This document shows, in pieces, positions 8,268-16,039 of a stretch of 32,000 nucleotides of DNA. Source of the DNA: Aeropyrum pernix K1 (GTDB lineage Archaea; Thermoproteota; Thermoprotei_A; Sulfolobales; Acidilobaceae); assembly GCF_000011125.1 (NCBI RefSeq), contig NC_000854.2:660001-692000 (forward strand). Direction: 5' to 3'. The notes under the pieces are model-generated. The model was not told the DNA's origin. It saw only the letters and a list, made by a program, of their open reading frames with translations, and did not search any database. The translations under genes and the position numbers were made by a program. The stretch's first letter is position 1. Every line of letters starts with the position of its first letter.

Positions 8268-9407
8268 TTACATGTTGAGCTTTGCCATGATCTCCTCGAG
8301 GAGGAGGTCAACCGCTATTATTATCTCGTCGGCCATCCTCTGCACCTCGGGGTCGTCGAGGTCCTTGACGAGGTGTGCCACCCTGTTCCTCGTGGCCTTC
8401 AGGCTTCTGAAGTAGTCCGTGAGCCTGGGGTCGAAGCTCTGCATCCTGGTTATGACGGACTGGGCGTTCTCCACGTTCTTCCTTATCTCCTCGAGCTCCC
8501 TGAGGACCCTGTCCTTTGTCTTGAGCTCCTCCATCAGTATTATGTTGATCTTGTCGAAGTCCTCCGGGTCCTTGGGGACAGTGTACTTGAGCACTATCAG
8601 GTCACTCTCCTCCGCGCTCGACCTACCGTTGAGCAGGGCGTGGGCCGCCACCGCCTTCAATATCTTCCCCTTCCTCCTGTCCGTCACGTGGAGTCCCTTC
8701 TCCTCCAGCAGGACGAAAAGCCTTATCAGGCTGGGCTTCACGGGGGAGACGTCGACGCTCATCACATGCTTGTTTATCTCCCTCAGCTCCGCCATGCTCA
8801 TTATCGGCTTCGCCGCCTCGTACTCACCCTTCTCCAGGCTCCATGCGGCGTCCAGCAGCTTGTCCCAGTGGTCCTGGTCGAGGGGTTTGACGTAGTCCCT
8901 GTAGACGAACCTGTCGTAGAGTGCCTCCAGCTCCGGCTCCTCGGGCACCCTGTTGCTCGCGCCAATTATACTCCATATCGGCACCCTGATCTCGCTGTAC
9001 CCGTCGTAAACTATCCTCTCCTGCATAAGGCTTAGGAGGGTGTTAAGGACGGCGCTGTTGGCGTTGAAAACCTCGTCCAGAAACGCTATCTCAGCCTCCG
9101 GCAGCTTCCCCCGGGTTATCCTAATGTACTTCCCCTCCCTGAGAGACCTCAGGTCTAGGGGGCCGAAGAGCTCGCTGGGCTCCGTGAACCTGGTGAGAAG
9201 GTATTTGAAGAACCTGGCGTTCAGGAGCTCCGCAGCCCTCCTAGCCAGGGCGCTCTTAGCCGTCCCCGGCTCGCCTATCATAACAACGTGCTCGCCGCTT
9301 ATCAAGGCTAGGGTGAGCATGAGCGCCTGCTCATGCCTACCCACGAAGGGCTTCTCAAGCTCCTGGAGGAACTTGCGCGCAAGGCCAGACGCCGTCTCGA
9401 AATCCAT
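8268..9407 (-). CDS. MoxR-family AAA+ ATPase
   Basis: Walker A GEPGTAKSALARRAAELL, Walker B EIAFLDEVFNANSAVLNTLLSLMQER, sensor IIGASNRVPEEPELEALYDRF. The track starts at 9479; ATG at 9428 or 9407 is more plausible. Confidence 0.9.
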   Translation of the reverse strand: MDFETASGLARKFLQELEKPFVGRHEQALMLTLALISGEHVVMIGEPGTAKSALARRAAELLNARFFKYLLTRFTEPSELFGPLDLRSLREGKYIRITRGKLPEAEIAFLDEVFNANSAVLNTLLSLMQERIVYDGYSEIRVPIWSIIGASNRVPEEPELEALYDRFVYRDYVKPLDQDHWDKLLDAAWSLEKGEYEAAKPIMSMAELREINKHVMSVDVSPVKPSLIRLFVLLEEKGLHVTDRRKGKILKAVAAHALLNGRSSAEESDLIVLKYTVPKDPEDFDKINIILMEELKTKDRVLRELEEIRKNVENAQSVITRMQSFDPRLTDYFRSLKATRNRVAHLVKDLDDPEVQRMADEIIIAVDLLLEEIMAKLNM

Positions 9408-9552
9408 AGCGCTAGAACCCCTTCCCATAGAACCCCCTTCAGGGATCACCCTGGAGTTCCACACCCACATTAAACCCAATAGGCCGGGGCCTCTTTAAAC
9501 ACTTTCTTACAAACAAGCACGCCGGTAAACAGTTATATAGGGTGCATCTGGC

Positions 9553-9963
9553 TTGGAGGCTGGCGCGCCGGAGGACCTCGTAGGTGCCGCTGTGGAGCAG
9601 GCCGGGAGGGCCTACGCCCCCTACTCCCGCTTCAGGGTGGGGGCGGCGGTGAGGACCTCGGACGGCAGGGTATACGGCGGCTGCAACGTGGAGAACTCGA
9701 GCTACGGCCTCACAGTCTGCGCCGAGAGGACGGCTGTCTTCAAGGCAGTCTCCGAGGGGTCGCGGGGCGTGGTGGAGGTGGCCGTCTACGCAGCCGACAG
9801 CGACGAGCCAGTGCCGCCCTGCGGGGCCTGCCTCCAGGTGCTGAGCGAGTTCGCCCGGGGAGACCCCAGAGTCTACATGATATCCCGCACCGGCAGGATC
9901 AGGGTTGCAAGGCTCTCACAGCTCCTACCCATGGCCTTCAGGCTAGGCGGCGAGACTGGGTGA
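9553..9963 (+). CDS. cdd: Cytidine deaminase
   Basis: YAPYSRFRVGAAVRTSDGRVYGGCNVENSSYGLTVCAERTAVFKA and PPCGACLQVLSEF zinc-binding motifs. TATA-like agttatatag at 9531..9540. Exact start uncertain. Confidence 0.93.
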   Translation: MEAGAPEDLVGAAVEQAGRAYAPYSRFRVGAAVRTSDGRVYGGCNVENSSYGLTVCAERTAVFKAVSEGSRGVVEVAVYAADSDEPVPPCGACLQVLSEFARGDPRVYMISRTGRIRVARLSQLLPMAFRLGGETG

Positions 9964-10031
9964 GGGTAGGGCTGGGGGTCTAGGCGTTTAAGCACCCCGG
10001 CGCCCCTTCATCTAGTGGGTGCGGATACGGG

Positions 10032-10700
10032 TTGAGCAGGGGACCCCTCGACCCCAGAGCGCCCCTCTACAAGGCGGTGCAGATAGCGAGGAGGAGGGCT
10101 GCCGAGGAGGGTGATAGCAGCTGGAGGGTGGTGGCCCAGGCTGTCGAGGAGCTGGCCAGGAGGGTTGAGAGGCTGTACGAGCTGGCCTCGAGGCACGGCC
10201 TCTCGAAGCCCTTCTGGCTCTCCCCGAGGGTGCTCGAGGTCCTGAGGAGTGTTGAGGACGGTGACAAGGGTGGGGCTATAGAGAGGGCTAGGAGCCTCTC
10301 GGAGAGCCTAATACCCGCAGGGCTGGCGGGAGAGTACTCCCTCGCCACAGGCACGGCGGCTAGGGTTCTAGCCTCCATCATCTTCCTCGCCTCAGCCGCG
10401 TACATCGGGGTCGAGGGTATCCAGGCCCCCTCCACTCCCGCCGCCGTGACTACACTAGCCCTCGCATCCTTCGCCCTCGCCGCCCTCCTAGCGGCATCCA
10501 CCCACTACTCCCTCTATCTCCTGGCGGTCTCCACGGGTGCCTCGCTCGCGATAGCCACTGCCTACAGGCCCGTAGTCGACTCCTACAGCATACTGATGGC
10601 CCTCTACTCCGCCGTCCTGGGCTTCGCAGCTGCGGCATACAGCTCGTACACACGCAGGAAGTTCTACAGGATGCTGAGGATGCTGGAGAGGGGGATGTAG
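10032..10700 (+). CDS. Uncharacterised membrane protein: N-terminal soluble helical region plus about 4 C-terminal TM segments
   Basis: 222 aa ORF; hydrophobic runs around ARVLASIIFLASAAYIGV, AAVTTLALASFALAALLAAS, YLLAVSTGASLAIATAY and ILMALYSAVLGFAAAAY. Confidence 0.7.
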   Translation: MSRGPLDPRAPLYKAVQIARRRAAEEGDSSWRVVAQAVEELARRVERLYELASRHGLSKPFWLSPRVLEVLRSVEDGDKGGAIERARSLSESLIPAGLAGEYSLATGTAARVLASIIFLASAAYIGVEGIQAPSTPAAVTTLALASFALAALLAASTHYSLYLLAVSTGASLAIATAYRPVVDSYSILMALYSAVLGFAAAAYSSYTRRKFYRMLRMLERGM

Positions 10701-10706
10701 CCTCCC

Positions 10707-11204
10707 TTGACGCCGGAGGTTCTGTCTGACAACCCCGTACTGGCGGTCGCCCTCGCCGCCCTCACCCCCGGGGTGGAGCCGAGGTACGCGCTCCTCGTAG
10801 GCCTCGGCCTCGGCTTGGGGCTGCTAGAGAGCCTAGCACTCTCGGCCGCCGGCGTCCTGGTCCTGGGCCTCCTCCTCTACACCGCCATAGATACTGTGGA
10901 CCGGCTTATGGAGGCTCTGTGCAGCAGGAAACGCCTAGGGGTGAACCCGGGCTGCATATACCTCGCCCTCAGGTCCTCGGCAGCCAGGCGGGCGGGGGGA
11001 TATGTTGAGAGGTACGGCTGGGCCGGCCTCATAGTGTTCATAGCAATCCCCCTACCCGCCACCGGTATGTACAGCGGCGCCCTAGCCGCCGCACTGCTGG
11101 GGATAAGGGGCCCCAGGCTCCTGGCAAGCCTCCTGCTAGGCGGCTACCTGAGCCTCGCCATAACAGCGGTGGTAGGGGGAGGAGTCGCGGTTGTCTCAAC
11201 CTGA
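10707..11204 (+). CDS. Small multidrug export/DedA-like (COG2426-type) membrane protein
   Basis: NPVLAVALAALTPGVEPRYALLVG...ERYGWAGLIVFIAIPLPATGMYSGALAAALLGI matches the re-entrant P-L-P-G/TG-Y/W-G pattern of this family. Confidence 0.7.
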   Translation: MTPEVLSDNPVLAVALAALTPGVEPRYALLVGLGLGLGLLESLALSAAGVLVLGLLLYTAIDTVDRLMEALCSRKRLGVNPGCIYLALRSSAARRAGGYVERYGWAGLIVFIAIPLPATGMYSGALAAALLGIRGPRLLASLLLGGYLSLAITAVVGGGVAVVST

Positions 11205-11245
11205 AAAAAGGGGGGAGGTCTGGGGGCCTAGGTGCCGCCAGGGCT

Positions 11246-11680
11246 CTAGCCCTGCTTGCCTCTGGCGCAGCTTACACCCGCTATGAGGGCTTTCAGGAGG
11301 GCTGCCATCTCGGGGCTGGTCATAGTCTTCATCAGCTCCCTTATACCCATGCCCTTCTCGGTGGCCGCGGCCTCCTGGAGTGCTGTGTTCATGCAGACTG
11401 GCATCTTCTCGGCGGCCTTCATCAGGAGGGGCTGGTCTATCTGTGACAGCATGTAGCCCATCATCATCAAGTTTCCTATCATCTTCATGACCTCGGGCCT
11501 GGCGAGGGAGTTGAATATCTCGTCGCCCATCTCGGCGAGCTGAAGCAGGGCGTCAAGGGTGCCCGACTTCTTCAGAGCCGCGACCAGCTCTATAGTTGTC
11601 GCCAGGGCCTCGTAGTTCTCCTCCACAAGCTCTAGGAGCTTGAGGATCTTCTCATCCCCGACCTGAGCCCCATGAGCCAT
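11246..11680 (-). CDS. DUF1641-like small helical protein
   Basis: About 145 aa, KILKLLELVEENYEALATTIELVAALKKSGTLDALLQLAE; immediately downstream of an SQR-like flavoprotein, the usual context of this family. ATG at 11680, or GTG at 11686. Confidence 0.65.
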   Translation of the reverse strand: MAHGAQVGDEKILKLLELVEENYEALATTIELVAALKKSGTLDALLQLAEMGDEIFNSLARPEVMKMIGNLMMMGYMLSQIDQPLLMKAAEKMPVCMNTALQEAAATEKGMGIRELMKTMTSPEMAALLKALIAGVSCARGKQG

Positions 11681-11697
11681 ACACACTCACCCCCATA

Positions 11698-12843
11698 CTA
11701 GGTGAACCACTTCTCAAGCCAGTACCTCTCGAAGGCGTATTTAAGCGGCCTGAAGGCCCTCATCCCTCCTAGTATGACGCAGTCGGGATACTCAGCCTCT
11801 CCCATCACCTTCTTGGAGAAGTCGCAGTATACCGCCGCCCCGGCGTAGCCAAGGTCCATGACGCAGACCCCGCTCATGTTGTAGTGCTCCCCCATATAGG
11901 TCCCCAGTATCTCGTCGGCTATCTGGCTGGCCACGTACTCCGCCTGGAAGTGGGCGAAAATGCCCGCCATGCCCAGTCCAAGGCTGGGGGCTATTATGTC
12001 TCCGACTCCGAAGACGTTGCCGTACCTGGGGCTCCTGAGGGTCCGCTTGTCCACCCTCATGTAGCCCCCTAGGCTCTCATCGCCCAGCGGCGACTCGGCC
12101 ACAGGCTTCGGGGGCTCGTGCGGTGGGGCGAAAACTGCAAGGTCGTACTCTATTTCCTCCCCGCTGCTGGCTACTAGCCTTCCTCCCCTGGCCTCCATAG
12201 GCTCGACACCGCCCTTGAAGCCGACGCCATACATGTCAAGGAAGCTCTGGAAGGCCTCCGCCATCGTTGGGCCGAAGGGTTCCATAGGCTTCTTCCAGAA
12301 GTGAACAACCGTAACCTGAGCGTCTCCACCCCTCTGCTCCAGCAGGTATTTGACGAGGAACGCCGTCTCGAAGGGGGCGGGAGGGCACTTGTAGGGCCAG
12401 CTCCAGGCGCCCACTATAATCCTCCCGCTCTTGAAGCCCGCCAGCTTCCTCCTACAGTCCAGGGCCCCCTCGACAGTCCAGGGGCTGCATACAGTGTCGT
12501 CGGCCTTCATCAACTCGGGCCGCGGGGTGCTGCCCAGGCTGACAACTAGGTAGTCGTACTCGAACTCGCCGCCGGATGTTGCCACCTTGTTGTTGTCCGG
12601 GTCTATAGACTCGACGCTCGCGGTAACAACCTTTATCCCATGCTTCTCAAGCTTGGACAGTGGCCTCATAATATCCTCGGGCTCCCTCTGGCCTACCATG
12701 ACCCAGAGGAGGCTGGGTGGGAAGAGGTGGTATCCCGTCTTGTCTATGAGCGTGATCTCAGCCTTCCCCCTGAGGAGCCTGGCTAGGTTATAGGCGGCGA
12801 CGAGGCCCCCGGGGCCCCCGCCAAGGACTACTATCTTCTTCAA
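11698..12843 (-). CDS. Sulfide:quinone oxidoreductase-like FAD/NAD(P)-dependent oxidoreductase
   Basis: MKKIVVLGGGPGGLVAAYNLARLL (Rossmann GxGxxG), LIDKTGYHLFPPSL, YDYLVVSLGS, GNVFGVGDI, and Cys residues consistent with SQR/FCSD-type enzymes. Confidence 0.8.
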   Translation of the reverse strand: MKKIVVLGGGPGGLVAAYNLARLLRGKAEITLIDKTGYHLFPPSLLWVMVGQREPEDIMRPLSKLEKHGIKVVTASVESIDPDNNKVATSGGEFEYDYLVVSLGSTPRPELMKADDTVCSPWTVEGALDCRRKLAGFKSGRIIVGAWSWPYKCPPAPFETAFLVKYLLEQRGGDAQVTVVHFWKKPMEPFGPTMAEAFQSFLDMYGVGFKGGVEPMEARGGRLVASSGEEIEYDLAVFAPPHEPPKPVAESPLGDESLGGYMRVDKRTLRSPRYGNVFGVGDIIAPSLGLGMAGIFAHFQAEYVASQIADEILGTYMGEHYNMSGVCVMDLGYAGAAVYCDFSKKVMGEAEYPDCVILGGMRAFRPLKYAFERYWLEKWFT

Positions 12844-13025
12844 GAACTACGCACCTCAGGCCTCCACATGATATAATACTTATTGCTGCTATTAACCAGA
12901 GTTTCGGCTTTTAGACTACATACTGCAATTTTGAATATACTAAAAATATAATAATTAAATTTGAAAAACTCAAAAACAGCACAATACTGACAATTCCACG
13001 ATAACAGGACATGCGATAGTCTAGA

Positions 13026-13051
13026 CCGAAGCTGCAGGCCGGGAGCTTCGG
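13026..13051. repeat. Perfect inverted repeat/hairpin CCGAAGCT-(10 nt)-AGCTTCGG
   Basis: 13026..13033 pairs perfectly with 13044..13051 in the divergent intergenic region between the SQR-like and nitroreductase genes. Confidence 0.7.
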
Positions 13052-13173
13052 GCAGGAGCTGTCAGGACGATATGGCTTCTAGAATCATCGCTCCTCCAGC
13101 CTCTGTAGGCTCTTGTTAATGCCTTTGCCGTACCAGAGTTTTAGCCTGTGAAGACGGAGGTGGGTGTGGGCTT

Positions 13174-13923
13174 ATGGAGGCTACGGGGGCTTCTGAGGCT
13201 GCTAGGGTGGTTTACGAGGTTTTTGCGAGGCATAGGTCTATAAGAAAGTATGTTAAGAAGCCGCTGCCGGAGGAGCATGTGTCCCTCCTACTGGAGGCTG
13301 CTAGGAGGGCTCCCACAGACGCTACTCTACACCTCTGGAGCGCAGTTAGGGTTGTTGATGATGGTGTGAGGAGGAGGATTGCCGATGCTATAGGCCAGGA
13401 GCACGTCTACGAGGCCGGCGAGTTCTTCATCTTCCTCGCCGACTTCTACAGGCTGAAAAGGCTCCTGGAGTACCGGGGTGAGGAGCTGGGCAGGGTTGAC
13501 AGGGCTCTCCTCGTTTTCGCAGCCATCGACGCCGGCCTGGCGGCTGAGAACATGGCCGTCATGGCCGAGGCCCTGGGCTACGGCACCTGCTTCATAGGGG
13601 GCGTCCAGAACGCCGCCGAGCTCATCATAGAACTCCTGGCCCTACCGGAGAAGACCTACCCCCTCTTCGGCCTCACCATAGGCTACCCAGCAGAGGACCC
13701 GCCCCTCAGGCCCAGGCTACCCCCGGACCTCCTATTCCACACGGACAGGTACAGGGAATACACCAGCGAGGACCTAGCCAGAGCTTACGAGGCCATGGCA
13801 TCCTACAGCAGGAGGAGGGACTGGCTCAGGATACTCAAACGCTACGTAGCCAAGGGAGGCTACTTCGAGGCCAGGAGCGAGGAGATGTGGAGGCTGCTCA
13901 GGAAGCAGGGCTTCAGCCTATAG
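13174..13923 (+). CDS. Nitroreductase-family FMN oxidoreductase
   Basis: FARHRSIRKYVKKPLPEEHVSLLLEAARRAPT; YGTCFIGGVQN...LPEKTYPLFGLTIGYPAEDPPLRPRLP. ggaggtg SD-like sequence at 13156..13162. Confidence 0.88.
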   Translation: MEATGASEAARVVYEVFARHRSIRKYVKKPLPEEHVSLLLEAARRAPTDATLHLWSAVRVVDDGVRRRIADAIGQEHVYEAGEFFIFLADFYRLKRLLEYRGEELGRVDRALLVFAAIDAGLAAENMAVMAEALGYGTCFIGGVQNAAELIIELLALPEKTYPLFGLTIGYPAEDPPLRPRLPPDLLFHTDRYREYTSEDLARAYEAMASYSRRRDWLRILKRYVAKGGYFEARSEEMWRLLRKQGFSL

Positions 13924-13938
13924 CCCCCCGCCCCCCGG

Positions 13939-15039
13939 CTAGTAATGCTCTATCCCTCCTATCCTCGACGCAAGCCTGTCCAGGAACCTCAGCCTCTTGG
14001 AGACCGGCGGGTGTGTGCTGAACAGCTCCACCAGGGGGTTGGTCTCCTGCTCCTTCAGCCTCTCGACCAGGTAGTCGACGTCCACCAGCGGCGAGGCCGT
14101 CAGGCTGGTTAGAGGGGCTACTATGAACAGCATGCTGGCCATCTCGTTGCTCCTAGCCTCCTCCACCAGGTGGGGATTGTGCTCGTAGGCGGCGTGGATC
14201 CTCGCCAGGGCCCTCTGGAGGCTCCTTGGGCTCCCCGTCACCAGGGCGCTGTGGGCATCGGCGTAGTACTCCCTGAGCCTGTTGAAGTGGGATACTATGA
14301 GCTGGAATACCATGCCCGCGGCTAGGAGGGCGGCGCCCACCGCCACAAGGGCCATCGGGTTGCCCCTCCTCTCGCCCCCGCCCCCGCCGAGTATGCCGGC
14401 CCAGACTAGGGTGCGGCCTATGAGGAAGGCTGCAATCGGTATGAGGCTCAGGGCGAGTATGACGGTGACGTCCCTGTGCTTAAGGTGGCCCACCTCGTGG
14501 GCCAGGACGGCTCTAACCTCGTCTTTGGGCAGAAGCCTTAGGAGGCCGCGTGTGACGGCGACGTAGCTTCCGGCTATGGGGCTTCCGTAGGCGAAGGCGT
14601 TGGGCATGTTCATCTCGCTGACCACAACCTTGGGCGGCTTCAGCCCGCTCCTCCTGGCCAGCTGCTCGACCTCAGCAACTATCCACTCCTCGCCTGGGAG
14701 GGGCTCCCGGGTCCTGTACACCATGTTTATTATGTAGGGTGAGAAGAGCCACTGCACCAGCACCATGGCCAGGGCTAGCAGGGATAGCATGAACGCCACC
14801 CCGGTGCCAGAGAGGCCTGTGAAGGCGTCTAGAGCCCAGGCCGCAACGCCCAGCACAACAATGTACCCGCCGATGAGGGCGAGAACAGTAAGCCCCATGC
14901 TAGCCCTCAGGGCGGCGAGGCTCTGGGGCGCGTCACCCACTATCCTGTGGGCGTTCACCGCCACCAGGGCTATGACCCCGGCTAGTATCAGCGACTCGAC
15001 CAGGCCAAGCCACCACCAGGCGAATATGAACTCCAGCAT
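13939..15039 (-). CDS. htpX: HtpX/M48 family membrane zinc metalloprotease
   Basis: AVLAHEVGHLKHRDV (HEXXH), NAFAYGSP, flanking TM helices and LFSTHPPVSKRLRFL. Confidence 0.9.
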   Translation of the reverse strand: MLEFIFAWWWLGLVESLILAGVIALVAVNAHRIVGDAPQSLAALRASMGLTVLALIGGYIVVLGVAAWALDAFTGLSGTGVAFMLSLLALAMVLVQWLFSPYIINMVYRTREPLPGEEWIVAEVEQLARRSGLKPPKVVVSEMNMPNAFAYGSPIAGSYVAVTRGLLRLLPKDEVRAVLAHEVGHLKHRDVTVILALSLIPIAAFLIGRTLVWAGILGGGGGERRGNPMALVAVGAALLAAGMVFQLIVSHFNRLREYYADAHSALVTGSPRSLQRALARIHAAYEHNPHLVEEARSNEMASMLFIVAPLTSLTASPLVDVDYLVERLKEQETNPLVELFSTHPPVSKRLRFLDRLASRIGGIEHY

Positions 15040-15164
15040 TCCACCACTCCCTCTACTATACTTTAACCCTGTCCTAACCCGCCTCCCGCCATATAGGGTT
15101 TTACATATATATCCCGGGAGGCTAAACGCTTTTTGCCCACTGTATATACGTTGGTGGCTGAGCC

Positions 15165-16019
15165 TTGCCAGCCGGGTTAGAGGAGGCTGTTAGGGAGGTT
15201 TCCAGGGAGAGGATCCGCGGCGCCAGCTGGGCCATCTCAACCCTCGCCCGCGGCCTCCTAGAGGACCTGGAGTCGGGCCGCACCCTTGATTGTGACAGGG
15301 CCTCCCAGGTCCTCAGGACCACGCTACCGGGCATGGGGAGCCTGGAGGTCCTTGCAGAGGTTGTTGAGAGGCTATGCAACAGGCCCGGGGAGCTGGCCGA
15401 GGCGCTGAGGAGGCTCATGGACTATGTTGAGGAGGCTGGGAGGGAGGCGGCTGAGCGCGCCGCCGAGTTCCTCAGCGGCGCAGGAGCAGTTTCGACCGTG
15501 AGCTTCAGCAGGGCTGTACAGCTCACCATACTCGCCGCGAGGCCCCGGGTAGTTTACGTGCTGGAGTCGAGGCCCGGGGGCGAGGGTGTGGCGATGGCTA
15601 GGCATCTGAGGCAGTCGGGCGTGAACGCGGTGGTGCTGCCGGACTCGGCGGCAGGCCTTGCCGTCTCAAGGTCAAACGCGGTGGTGTTCGGGGCCGACGC
15701 CGCCGGGCTGGACGGCTGTTTGAGGAACAAGCTGGGCACACTACCCCTGGCAGCCTCAGCCGCCGCGCTCGGTGTAGAGGCTGTCGCGGTTTTCGAATCC
15801 TACAAGATAGTCTCTAGGGCCTGCGTCTGGGAGGGCGTTGAGACCAGGAGCTACAGGGTCGAGGGGTGGGGCGACGTCGAGTACCCTGTTTTCGAGCCCA
15901 TCCCCCTCCGGCTGGTGAGCTATATAGCGACGGAGCTGGGGGGAGGGCGGGCTGGGGTGGAGCCTCTCAGGCTGTATAGGAGGTTGTTCCTCGGGGAGGT
16001 CCTGGGGGGTGATGTTTAA
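15165..16019 (+). CDS. eIF2B alpha/beta/delta-related family protein (translation initiation factor 2B-like)
   Basis: VYVLESRPGGEGVAMARHLRQSGVNAVVLPDSAAG, VVFGADA, NKLGTLPLAASA, ESYKI, FEPIPLRLVSYIATELG. TATA-like tttacatatata about 60 nt upstream. Confidence 0.8.
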   Translation: MPAGLEEAVREVSRERIRGASWAISTLARGLLEDLESGRTLDCDRASQVLRTTLPGMGSLEVLAEVVERLCNRPGELAEALRRLMDYVEEAGREAAERAAEFLSGAGAVSTVSFSRAVQLTILAARPRVVYVLESRPGGEGVAMARHLRQSGVNAVVLPDSAAGLAVSRSNAVVFGADAAGLDGCLRNKLGTLPLAASAAALGVEAVAVFESYKIVSRACVWEGVETRSYRVEGWGDVEYPVFEPIPLRLVSYIATELGGGRAGVEPLRLYRRLFLGEVLGGDV

Positions 16020-16039
16020 AGGGTTTGGGACGATAGGAT

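Noticed and set aside
8198-8311. N-terminal extension of the VWA ORF overlapping moxR
   Set aside because: The sequence MTSSSRRSWQSSTCKPPKAPGG... is antisense-like low complexity, and a GTG with a good SD-like GGAGGGTG is available at 8197.
7187-9035. Long plus-strand ORFs (363 and 321 aa) opposite the VWA and MoxR genes
   Set aside because: Codon-mirror artefacts of highly charged, high-GC coding sequence; Tyr/His/Pro/Leu-rich without domain signatures.
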